A DNA stretch of 64,000 nt, from positions 661,812-725,811 of the forward strand of contig VJWM01000134.1 of assembly GCA_010909165.1 (NCBI GenBank). Direction: 5' to 3'. The translations under genes were made by a program, and so were the position numbers. The notes below the pieces were generated by a model, which did no database searches, was not told where the DNA came from, and saw nothing but the letters and a program-made list of their open reading frames with translations. The stretch is from Anthoceros angustus (lineage: Eukaryota; Plantae; Anthocerotophyta). Positions 33,901 through 45,324 of the stretch are shown piece after piece (position 1 is the stretch's first letter; each line of letters starts with the position of its first letter).

Positions 33901-35575
33901 CACGGTGGGGACCGGAGTTTTTCGACATTTTGCGGCTTCGTGGGACCTTTGGGCATGGAGGTGAGCATGGTCCGGAGGCTAGCAGGAGCTCTTGTTTAAA
34001 AGTGCTTGCATGTTGGAGGGCTTGTGGGGCAGGTTGAGACTTGTGTGGACTTGGGCCTCGAGCGGTGATGCCCATTGTGAACATGTTATCTTTGGAGGTG
34101 GTCGATTTCTTTTCTCGGTGCTCAAGGATGTCTGACGGAGATGACTTCTGAGCAGGACGACCTTTGAGGCATGCACCGGGCCGAAGACATGTTCGTTGCG
34201 GCACGGTCACGGAGGTGTCTTTTTGCAGACGAGCTAGCGTACACCTTCATAGACAGCGTGTTCTTTGGTGAGCGAATTGTGGTGTTTAAGTACCATTGAT
34301 GCGGGAGGACGGCTCCCACAGCCATGGCGTGCGGCGGACATTGCTCCTTCCATTGTATGACTCGAGAGGACACTATGTGCGGCGGTCTTGACGCCATTTC
34401 TCACAACACGGTTTATGGCATGGCCTAGCCGATTCTTAGAACCATTGTGAGGAAGGTCGTTGTGTGATGTGTGATGTCGAGTTGGGAGTGTGGACTACAT
34501 GTTTAAAATGCCATCCCATTGGTAATTATTGATGAGCAAATTGCGTGTTCATTATGCGGTGTTGGATGTGAGTATGTGGGGCGAATCGGTGGCTTGTGCA
34601 CACAAAGGAGGCGAATTAATGCACCAGCTGGCAGAGGACAACGTAACGGCGCGTGCGGTATCTTAAGGCAGCGGCGCGGTGAGCGGCCGGTGCCTGCAGG
34701 TGTGGGCATCGCGATGCGGCCTATTCAATTTCAGCGGAAGGGAAGAGTCCATACTTGGTTGAGGGACTCCATTCTCTGGCGAGTCAGAGTTGTGAAATCG
34801 TGGAGCCATGGCGGGTCATCAGGCGAAGCGGCGGCGTCGGCGCAACTGTGTCGGCAACCTATGGGTGAAGGACGCCATCTTGTGGGGCGGTCGGTGCGGT
34901 AGTGGGTGTGCAAGTCCATGAGGGGCGTGGGAGAAGGGCAAAGGCTCGGGAGGGTGAAAACATTCATTGAGCAGGAATGAAGTCTGCAGGCGTTGGCTCT
35001 CGCGGTTGGTTTTGCGGGTTAGGGGCCAGGTAGCAGTGGATGCGTTGGGCGGAAGCGAGGCGCCTGGCGTGGGATGAGGATGGCGGCGGGGGGCAGCATT
35101 CCGCGGGGATGGCCATGAACAAGGCAATCCGTCCATGCCCGATGTTGGGCAGCTTGGGGCGACATTCGGTGGCAAGAGGATGGGCCAGGGGACATGGTCG
35201 AGCATATCTTGGAGGTAGATTGGAGGAGGCAAGGGCTGGGATTGGACTCGTGGGTGGTTTTTGGTGCGTGCAGGATGGAACCATGCGGAAGTGGAGGATG
35301 CCCCGGATGAGAGGTGGGCAATGCAGTTGTGGGCGGGCGGGGTTGCGGCATGCAGGGATACCAATTCAGCATGGACATTTCAATTAGGAGCTGCGAGACA
35401 AGAGCTGCGGCAGCGGCGGATTGGTGGGTTGGCGGGTCCAACGGAAGGACAAGGGATGAAGGCGATGGCGGCGTTGAGCGATGCTACAATGGTGGTGTGG
35501 TGAGGCGATGCTGGAAGTCATCTTGTGCTTGAGTGGCGATGGTGCGACCCGGTGTGCGATGCGATTCGATCTCGG

Positions 35576-38500
35576 TGTGGCGGGACTTTATTTGGCGATG
35601 TGACCCGGCGCGCCTAATCCGTGTCGTTGTAGGAAGAAGTCCGTTCCCAAGGGAATGATAGGCCTGCCATCGCTTGTGTGATTCACCGCTCTTAGCGCCT
35701 GCCTCAAGACACACATACTCCTAACTACTCACAACGTTCAGACAGCCCAGATGGCTAAACGTTTAGGGACCCGTCTCTCAGATCGCTCACATACATCCTC
35801 ACATCCGCCTTTCCTCTCTCTCTCACGCTACACTCTTCGCCTTAGAAAAGACGCTGGTTACGCAGCCCCGACCTCCTCGCTGCCGGCCTCTCCGCCCGGC
35901 TCTACACGCCTCCCGAGTTCCTCCGGCTCACGCTGCCAAATTGCTCTCGGACCGCTCGCACGAGTCACCGTCACCCTTCCCCGCACACCACAACGCTAAG
36001 TCCGCCACCGGACCTTGATCAATCTCCCGAGTGCGCTCGCCTGACTCAGACTCACGTTAGCAAGAAGACTCACAAAGGTCCGCAAGAACGCGCATCAACA
36101 CCAAGAGAAAGATGCTTTACTAGCGACCTCGGCCCTCTTATCTGCGCCCAAGGTGGCGTCTTTATTACCCCTATTCGAAACATAGCCAGCTCGGTATACC
36201 CTAATCGGCCGCCTATCCTATCCCTATCTCCTTCGCCGACGTGGAAGGTCCTGGCCCCGCCGGAATGGGTGGTCCAATCCCGACAGCTTGTGGTGCACCC
36301 AATCGGATGATCCGTGAGGCGGGCCCCTCCTCTCCCTAATCCTCGTTCGGCGGTCGACAACCGCCGCTACCACGACGTCATCCTCCTGGCCTCCAGGTCC
36401 TTCGCCGGCCACCACCATCGGCTCCCCTAGCGTAAGTCAAGGGGCTCCTCCCATCAGCCGGCCCCTCGAGGTCTGCCTCGACTCGAACTTGGAGTCCGGC
36501 TTATTTCCTGGGTCCGCCGGCCAGGTCCGACCTGTCGGGTCCGGACCTTGGTCCTCCGGACTGGTCCGGACTTATTACCGAGGTCCGGACTGTGGTCCGG
36601 CCTCCCTCCCACAAAGTCCGGACTCACGCCCCGGGTTTCCTCCCTCACGGACTCCTCCGTGGCTCTCCTCAAGTCCTCCACTGCTCCCGATCGCCTGGTG
36701 ACTCCTTGTTGGCCCCTCCTTCCATGGTGAGGTGCGGGTGCTTACCACCGCATCCGCCTCCTCGCTCGCCTCCTGCTCCTCCGCCGCCTCCCGTCATCTC
36801 CAAACAGGGCCACTAGGGTCCTGTCTTTGTCCCGTGGCCTTCATCTCCTTGAGCCTTCCGTGGGTCCGTCCGCTTGCGCCGCCGAGGCTTCTACCGCCTT
36901 GAGCTCCGTGGTAATAGGCAAAGTCCGAATCGACTTGTTGAATTGCCTCTTCCACGTGTGCCCGAGCACCCGATACTCCCTCCGCCATAAGTGTTCGGGG
37001 CGGGGCCTTGTTGGGCCACCTCCGCCAGATTGGGTGGGTGTATCACGCGAGGCTACAAGGCGGCCTCGGTCACCTCTGCTGCCACTGCTGCTCGCCCAGC
37101 TCGCTTCTCCATCGCCACCATTCCGCCATAGCGCAGCTGCTCCCTTCCGCCTTTCTCATGGACCAGCAGCTTCTTCTGCCCAGTGCTCGCCTCCGCTCAT
37201 TCTCGGCCTTTAGCGCCTCCTCTCCAGGCCGACCTCCGTCCGACTCGGACTTCCTCCCCCTTCAGTAGCTGGCAACGCCCAACTCGATAGTCGCCGATTT
37301 TCCTCCGTCTTGACGGAGCCGAGGCACTCTCGTGCTCGAGGTCGTGGATTCTCTCGTTGAGAATCACCCGCCGCCCGACGCATCTTGGAGTTGTAGCTCC
37401 AGGTCCTGCTGCCTCCATCCGCCGCCGCCCTTCTACCTCTCTGCACTGACTGAGATCCCCTATCTCCCGAGTGCCGCCCTTGCTCGCCTCCATAGCCACT
37501 GCGGCCTTCGAGTTAGCCTCCGTCATACTGACTCTTCCACCGGCCCGATCACGTCTGTAGTGATCCTGCCTTTGCCGCTCCGACCTTCGCCTTTACTGGC
37601 CTCGCCCACTTGGCCCCTCTGGCCGGGCCGCCTCCGAGTCCAGCTCTCTGCTTGTGCGGGCCTCTTAGCCTCTGCTGCGCTTCCCCTCTTCGCAAAGGTC
37701 CTCCGCGCTTGGGCCTCTGAGCTTGCTTCACTGTCGCAACAAGAACCTTGGCCCGGTCCCTGAACCGCCTGGCCTGCTCCGCCACCCGGCGTTCCCTTCC
37801 TCGATCCGAGCGAGGACTCCGCCTTTTCCTTTGCCCCTCCGCCTTCACTTGCTCTTGAGTTCCACCATCCTCCTCCGGGTGGCCTCCACTTCACAGGTCT
37901 TCTCCACTGTACTACGAGACCCCAAAGCATTCCGTCCATGACGGTAGCTGACTCGCCGTGTTTCTTCCACCGCACCGGTGAGGCCCCACAAAGTCCGTAG
38001 TGGGAGCCGGCATTTCTCGGTCCAAGGACCTCCATACCGCAGTCCGAGTAAGTCCGACTGGGTTCTCGGACCTAATCGGGACCCTCAGTCCCGAGTGGTG
38101 AGTCTCACCTCTTGGCCCTCTTGGCCTCTAACTCCTTTGTGCCCTCTTTCTCCGGGCTCGGAGGAGGTGAGGGGTCCGGAGCAAGCTCTTGCCCCTTCCG
38201 CAGGGACTGCCTGGTGGGGCGCTGCCTGACCTCCGCCTCCTTGGGCCACGTCCCTTCGCCTCCTTACCGCCTCTTGACCTCTTGCCACTCCGCAAGGTGG
38301 GTAAGGGTACCGCACCGAGGCCGCGTTGGTAGGCGGCACCGTCCCGCCTCGGCTCCCGAGTTCCGGGCTCGCGCCGTCGTGGTTGTTGGTCGTTCCGGCT
38401 GCCGAGCGCCAACGCCTCCCAGACTCCCTCCTGCTGCCGCCCGAGGGCACCAAAAGGAGGAAGGGGAATCGCCTCCCAAACTTGGGTGGTGAGGGGTTCG

Positions 38501-39851
38501 CCTGACGTATGGAGTCCGGAATCCTCCGGCCCTCCTCCCGAGTCCGCTTGGTCTTGAAGGCGACCCCCACCTCAGGCGCCCTTGCACGCTCTACCCAGGG
38601 CCTCCACCTCCCGAGCGCCGCCTGCTCTCCCTCCTTCAGAGCTCGAAATGTCCCCATACATGAATCGTATGGGGTCACCGATGGCGAGGCTTCGCTCCTT
38701 AGCTTGCGTGCCTCGATCAACCGGCGATAATCCTTCCCGCCTTCCTCACTGAGCGCATGCAGAATACCAACAGTTATCACCAAGGTGATCCACCTTGGTG
38801 AGCAGTTCCAATGGACAATGATCCGGGCTACCGCCTTACTTGTCCATCGGATATCAACCATCCGTTGGTTGTCCGCTGCGTGCCTCGATCGCCGGCCGTG
38901 GCCCTATCTTCCCGCCTTAAGGGGCTGCACCACGCCCCTTCTTCCTCCTTGGGCGGTTGTAGGCCATCCTCGGGACCTCCAAGGTCCATCGCCTCGGTCC
39001 TCCGGAGGTTCTTGGATCGGACCTCCTTGTTGATCGCCACAGATCTTCCCGGCAAACTCCGGACTAGAGTAGCGTTGTCAAAGGTCAGACCATTTGGAAC
39101 ACGCCCAGATGCCACTCGCCACCCCCGCTTCCTCCACCCGGCCCAAGTCCGGATAGCGCCGGTCACAATGTTGCGCTCCACGAGGTCCATGGCTCCCAGA
39201 CTCCGTCGGCTTTTGGGTGCCATTGCTTTCTCCTCCTCTTGTTGTAGGCTGGCGTCGTGGCACGATGTTCCTCCTTCGCACCGCTCCAACCTTGACGCGC
39301 GCCACGCCTGTGCCGGGCGCCCAAAAGATAGCGCCAGAGCCGGATTGCGGAGCGCAAGGACCGTGAGGATTGTCGAGGTCACAGCAAAATGACCTCCTCC
39401 TTGGCCGCCAGGAAGTAACTGGCGGAAGGCGCCTGTCCGAATCGCTGTGGGTGCATGGCTTACTCGACCCTACGCCCGCTTACTGCCTTACGCCGCCGCG
39501 TGCCCGCGGGCGTGAATCTATAACGGCCTGCAAGGTTACGGCCCCGCACTGCATGCCCGACCTCCACTCGTGCCGCCCACGTGGCGCCGCCCGTCCCTCA
39601 CGCCTCTCCTAGGTTACTTTCACTGGCGTACTTATCCTATTTTGACTGAGTGGGTTCCGGACTTATCCGTTACTCCGTAGTCCGGAGCTTGCCATAGTGG
39701 TACCGGGGTCCGTTGTTCACTCCAGTCCGAGTATACTCCGAGCCTCGTCCAAGCGCTACCCCAATTTATTCCTCCTTTTCCCTTTATTTATCCTTCAATC
39801 CTAAAAACAAAACCCTACTTATTTCTAACTCCCGGAAGTGCATAGCCCACA
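35576..39851 (-). repeat. Gypsy LTR, left copy (~4.28 kb)
   Basis: Plus strand TGTGGCGG...GCCCACA. The right end abuts the PPT (39852-39866; minus GAGATGAAGGGAGTA); the left end is where homology to the other copies stops. Confidence 0.88.
36454..39223 (-). CDS. Large sense coding region inside the LTR (copy 1), fragmented by indels; unknown protein, ~900 aa by consensus
   Basis: Starts MAPKSRR. Protein-like blocks recur in the three LTR copies, often in different frames: WEPWTLVERN, WCEWHLDVFQMV, FDNVTLVRSLP, IIVHWNCSPRWITLVI, TPYDSCMGTFRALKEG, WKKHGESATVMDGMLWG, AHVEEAIQQVDSDFAYYH. End approximate. Confidence 0.6.
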
Positions 39852-39879
39852 TACTCCCTTCATCTCATACGCCTCCGCC

Positions 39880-42800
39880 AACACTAAGCATGATACTTCA
39901 CCCGCCACCCGTCACCCGAGTGGGCAGCTCTCCATCTAGTCGCCGTAACGGACCCGTTGTCATATACTTGCACCACTTGGTACGGACCCATCCATCTCGT
40001 GAAGTTTGGAAAATGCATGTGACGACTATCATAAAGGAGGGCCAGGTCCCTTCCTTTACATACTCGATTCGCATCGATCGTGCCAAATCTTGTGGTTTTG
40101 CACTGCATCTTCACTGAGCTTCTTCCTGTCCTCGTGGCCGACAAACCCCAAGAGTCGCCGAGCTGGCTTTCCTCCTCCGCCTCCCTTCCATCATTACTCG
40201 AAAAGTGGGCACTTCAAACTCCACGGCAGGAGAGTGTCCGTAGGTCAAGTAAGGGTCCGTTGTGTGGTCACCTTCTCTCTGTCAACGCCCACGATGGCCT
40301 ATCCTCATGGGCGTAGTTCACTGTGAGTTTATTCGGGATCCTGCAGGATGAGCCCATTTGTCTTCTCTGTCGACCCATTGGCCTTAGGATTGTAGGGTGC
40401 CGTCTTGCGATGATTGATGCGAAATACTCCGTCATGGCGGCCACCACATCATTAAGGAAATGGGTTCCCCTATCACTTACCAAGCGCGGACATCCGTCGG
40501 GGTTATGATGTTCTCGCAGAATTTGGCCACGGTATTTGGAGTCCGTTCTTGCCACCGCCTCTACCCACCGTGCGAGTCCGTTGCCACCGGGATGTATCTC
40601 CTTTGTGTGTGTCTTGTCGTAGGTCGATAGGTCCAACAAAGTCAATACCCCACTTTTCGAAGGTGCCAATATCGGTACTAGCGGCCACCGTGTCGTCGGG
40701 GTTGGCTTCCGATCCGACAAGCATCACACTTCTTCACAAACCGGGTGGGTGTCCCCATACATTGTTGGCCACGTATCCGCTTCAAAATCTTTTGGTGGTG
40801 ACTGTCTTGCGTAGTGTCCACCCCAATCGTGCATTCCTCGACGACCGCTCCTGTCTCTGCCGGTTGCAAGTACCTTCGCTCTACTCCGCCCTAATTTGAA
40901 CACACACCGTTGTACATTCTCAAGGGTCGAGCATAGTGCACGAATGCCTCCTCTCCACGAGTCGATTTTCGGAAGCTCCATTCCCAGGTACCGCCTATTT
41001 CTTCGTGAGGTCGGACGGCAGCGCCCTCCCTTCTCCGCTCGCTAAGGCCGCGCTCGTAGCTTGGGGTTCTGGGCTCCTCCGGTTGTACTTTCTGCGGCAA
41101 CCAATGTCTCATCCGGAACGCATCTTCCGATCTCTCAACACCGCCTGTTTTCAATCGTGAAATCGCATTTTGGTGCCGCCTCCCTTGTCTTGTTTCCACT
41201 TAACGTGAACTCCTGCAGCAACAATATCCACCTTGCTATCCGTCCCAGTGTCCTTTTATTCACCGGATGCGCCAAAGTGGTCTACATAGAACACAAACTC
41301 ACTAGGTAGGTAGTGTCGAATTTCTTGACGATATACCATACCCGGCTTGGCCTCTGTAGTTGTGTATTTTCGTTCAGCGTGGTGAGCTGTCGTCCGTAGT
41401 ACGGATAATCCGCTTGTCGTCCTTCCCGGCTCAAGACTACTCCGATAGCAAAGCGGACACTACTACATACATGAAATTTCTGCTCGATCCGGTCCTCTTA
41501 GAACCGTGCGCCACCAAGGTGTTCTCAGAATCCGAAGGCCTCCTCTCGCTCGTGACGGTCCAAACCTCCTCCTTCCGCAGAGTTCAACTTAGCCGCTCTT
41601 CGCAAAGTCCTTAATAAACCGGCGGTAGTATCCCACCATTCCTGTGAAACCTCACTCCTTTAGGTTCGTTGGGGAGAGATGACCGGACCTTGTCTGGTCC
41701 ACCTCGATTCCACCGACACCCGATGTCCCAGAAGATTCCCTCCGTCATTCCAAAGTAGCATTTCTCGGTGTAGGCTCAATTGAGTCTGGCGCTCAAGCAC
41801 CTTCTTAGATGCCCAAGGTGTTTGTCCCGCTCCCCATGCACACAAAATCATCCAGAATATCTCCATGAAGTCCCTCGGAAGTCACGGAAGACGCGTTGGT
41901 CACCATACGCATGAAGCGACCACAGGCGCTCCGGTCATCCCAAAGGCACTTCTCTTGTAGGCAAACGCATTCCCACTCGTAGTGAAGGTCGTCTTGTCCC
42001 ATCGACTCCCTTAGGTGCAATTGGTTATATCCGAGTAGCCATCCGGAAGGAGTAAGTAGTCCGTCCACCACCTTGTCCAAAATGTCGTCTGAATGGCATC
42101 GGAAGTGGTCCTTCTCCGGCGTTGAGCTTCCTCCAATCTTGGCATACCGAATTTGTCTGGCTGTTTCTTGGGAACCACCACAATCAGCGACCCACTTTGT
42201 GTGATGGGGAAAATGATGCCTCCGGTACTTATCAAGGACCTCCTTCACCTTGATCGAATACTTGGGGTTGAGCTTGTATTGTCGGATTCGGCACCGCTCC
42301 GGCTTCAAATCGATCTTATGCTCCCACTTCTTGAATGCCCTTCATGTCCGTGACCTTGAAGGCGAACACCTCAAAACTCCCCAGTGCTTTAGTCCTTCCA
42401 GTCCGGAGGCATGCCTTTCTTAAACTTGAATTTGCTGGCCGGACCTCCACTTCTTCCACGTCGTCCGGGTTCACTGCCTCTCTCTGCTGCGGCCCAAACC
42501 CTCGTCCTCCTCTCGGGATCGTCCTCTCGCATCCCCATTCTCGAAGAGCTCGTCGGAGGTGAATCGTGTTACTCCTTCGATGTCCGCTTTTCCTTGGTCC
42601 GACTCTTCACTCCCCCCGGGTCCGACCTCCTCTTCACTTCCTTCCTCCGGCCCGTTGTAGGCGCGTTTACAAAACAATCAACACTTCCGCACCAAAGGCA
42701 TCCATGAGTCCATCTCCTCCTCAGCGGATCTTGGCGGGGTACGCCTCCTCGGAACTATCTTGTTCGCCGCTGGAGTCCTCCAGAGGTATACCCTCGGTAG

Positions 42801-45060
42801 TGCTCGTTCCACAATAGGTGTCCTTGCTCCGGTGATAGCAACCCTCCTTCTCGCACCTTAGGGTCCCACCCACCGGCTTGAAGTGAATCTCCTTCCTTCC
42901 AAAGTGTAGCTTGCAGGCCAACCCCATGGCCGCCCAAAGAAACACCTCATACCCTAATGGTCCGGCGGTTTGATCACAACAAAATCCGGTTTGTAGGGTG
43001 CACGCTAATGGTGGCCAAGACTCGGTTAACTCCCCACGGGATCTCTTCTTGACATGTCCGCCATTCTCGAGTCTTCGTTGAGGGTTGGATGTGAAGCCCA
43101 ATTTTCGTGCCGTGGCTTGTGATGAGGTTGACTCGGACCCGTGTCCAACGGTACATCCTTGATGATACATCCAATCTCCACTTGTACCACCCTGGGTCCG
43201 TATGGGACACCACCCTCACTTCCACTGCTACCCTTCACGGCTTTGGTGCTCCGCCGAGGTGGGTTTCCTAACGGCCCGACGGACCTCTTGCCGGATTTGG
43301 GTTATCCTCGTGTCGAAAGGACACAAGGTCCGATTCATCATCGTCCGCCACATTAAAGGCGAGGCTTCTACCCCAATCGAGGATCCTGCTGGCCCTCATC
43401 CTCTCCGGATCACTTGTGTTCGGTATTCTCCGGATGCTTGCGCATTTCCTCCTGCAACATCTCGGTCACCTCCGGACTCGTCCGTGGAAATCCGCCGCGG
43501 AGGCACTGCCCTTCTCCCTCCCCTGCATCGGGAGAACTTCCTTGGGTAATCCCTCCGAGCTGCCGCCCTCCTTCATCGGTCGGATCCTCTGCTGGTATTT
43601 CCGTTTGATTGCCTTCCTCGGCGCGTGACGCTTCTCGATCTTGTTCTTCTTCAACTGGCGCCTTTCTCGCCCTTCCTTCCTGGCCACAGTAGACACCTCC
43701 AAGATTTCCACCCGACTCCCTTCCTTCGACACCCCACCGTACCTTCTTGTTCTTTTCCATCTCGTACCTCTGGGAATCTCTTCCCACTCCGCCAATCGAG
43801 CATCTTGACTTGCCGTGTGCCTCTTAGGTGGTGGCGTTGGTGGTCGGGGTTCTCCGCTTGGTGTGGCATATCGCCCTTGTGCGGGGTTGGGACATAGCGC
43901 ATCGCCATATATGCCCACCGCCACACCCGCTCAAGTCCCCATTACACCTCCTGGAGTACGGACACGCGTTGGAGTAATGGCGGATTCCAGTTCCAGACCA
44001 CGGCCGTCGGAGGATACGAAGGGCTCCCATGCGGTCTTTGCATCGGTGGGGCTCGTTGTATTGTGGACCTCCGGTTGGCGGATACATGGTTTTGGGATAT
44101 CGCGCCCGAGGGGCTTCTGCACTGATAGGCCTCTTCCCATTGCTCCTCGGCCTCCTCCTCGTATTCGTAGTCCACTTGATGCACCGGCCTTGAGGCGGTT
44201 GGATTCGAATGGCCGTGCGGCACACGACACCAGATGCGTCGCACCGTAGTCGGTGTTTTCCGCGCTCTCGGTCCTTAACTGGTTTATCGCGGTCCTCCTC
44301 TCTTTATCACTTTTCCGGTCCTCCCGGACTGCCACCTCCTTTGAGGGAGTCGGGTCCGTGGAGCTTCTGACCCGTGTCACCACCTCCTTCTTACCCCGCT
44401 TCTTTTTAGCCGGGCTTTCTTGCTCTTCTTCTTGGGATACTCTTCCTAGAGACCTCCGTCTCTTCTTGGACGATCGCCTCCTCCAAGACACCTCCGATTG
44501 GTCTTCCTCCTCCTCCTCAAGACTCTTCCTCCTGAGTCCCGAACCCCGCTTCTTCTTCTTCTTGCCTCCTTGAGCGGATTTCTTTATCCTCGATGTAGCG
44601 ATTCCTCGTAGTTTTCGGCCGCTCGACCGCCTTGCCCACGTCCTTCTCGGCGGCAGGACGTGCTGCCATGGGTTTGGCTAGACCGCGAACCACCGTACCG
44701 CTTGCATCGTGGTTGGATGCCGATCCTCGGGCATAGAACTCGATGTACGAGCCTTTTCTCCTTCTTCCCTCGCTTGATTTTCCAACTTTGATAATACATA
44801 CCCCTCTGGTCGATCCTCGAAACCGTTCTAAGAAGGCATTTTCAAAGCTTCAAACGAGGCGGGGGGCATTCTCCTGGTCGGTACTTTCTCCGATATTGAG
44901 CTTGCCCTCTGAGAACCCCTTGGAAAAGCTGGATGAGTCACTCCCTCTGAAGTTGGCTTTGGACACGAAGTCCTCCACAAAGGTCTCCGCATCCGCTCCT
45001 TCTTCCCTCCGAATATGGAGTACGCTTGTTTGGTCGAGTAGGGGCCATGGCTGCCGCCAT
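39880..45060 (-). pseudogene. Gypsy gag-pol, internal domain 1 (frameshifted as assembled)
   Basis: gag (AETFVEDFVSKANF); protease LDTG(S)GVNLIT near 43135; RT IVVVPKKQ, DGYSGYNQ, LDDF; RNaseH; integrase CDAC, WGIDFVGP, SDRGTHF; C-terminal RWMGPYQV. Confidence 0.92.
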
Positions 45061-45306
45061 CGGGTTAGGCGTGTCCCTACCTTCTTCCGCCCCTCCCCTC
45101 GTACACTCGTCTTGGTCCGACAATTCGACGTTCTCCTCCTCCGATCGACGGTGCTCTCGTTGGGTTTGACGCTCTCCTCTCCTCGGCTCGGAGAGCACGC
45201 GAGGTGACCACCCGATCCTCCCGACGGTTCACTCTTGACCGCCGCTCGACCGCCACGCATTCACTTACCTTCTCTTCCTAAGGGCGCACTGCGGCACACC
45301 GATTTC

Positions 45307-45321
45307 ATTCCCGCACGGCCA
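45307..45321 (-). other. PBS, tRNA-Asp-like
   Basis: Minus strand CA-TTT-TGGCCGTGCGGGAAT; resembles the Asp-type TGGCGCCGTTGCCGGGGAT with small deletions. Confidence 0.7.
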
Positions 45322-45324
45322 AAA

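Noticed and set aside
39852-39960. Chromodomain at the integrase C-terminus
   Set aside because: The integrase ends shortly after the GPY motif and is followed directly by the PPT.
45307-45321. tRNA gene at the PBS sites
   Set aside because: Only a ~15-nt complement of a tRNA 3' end; no cloverleaf.
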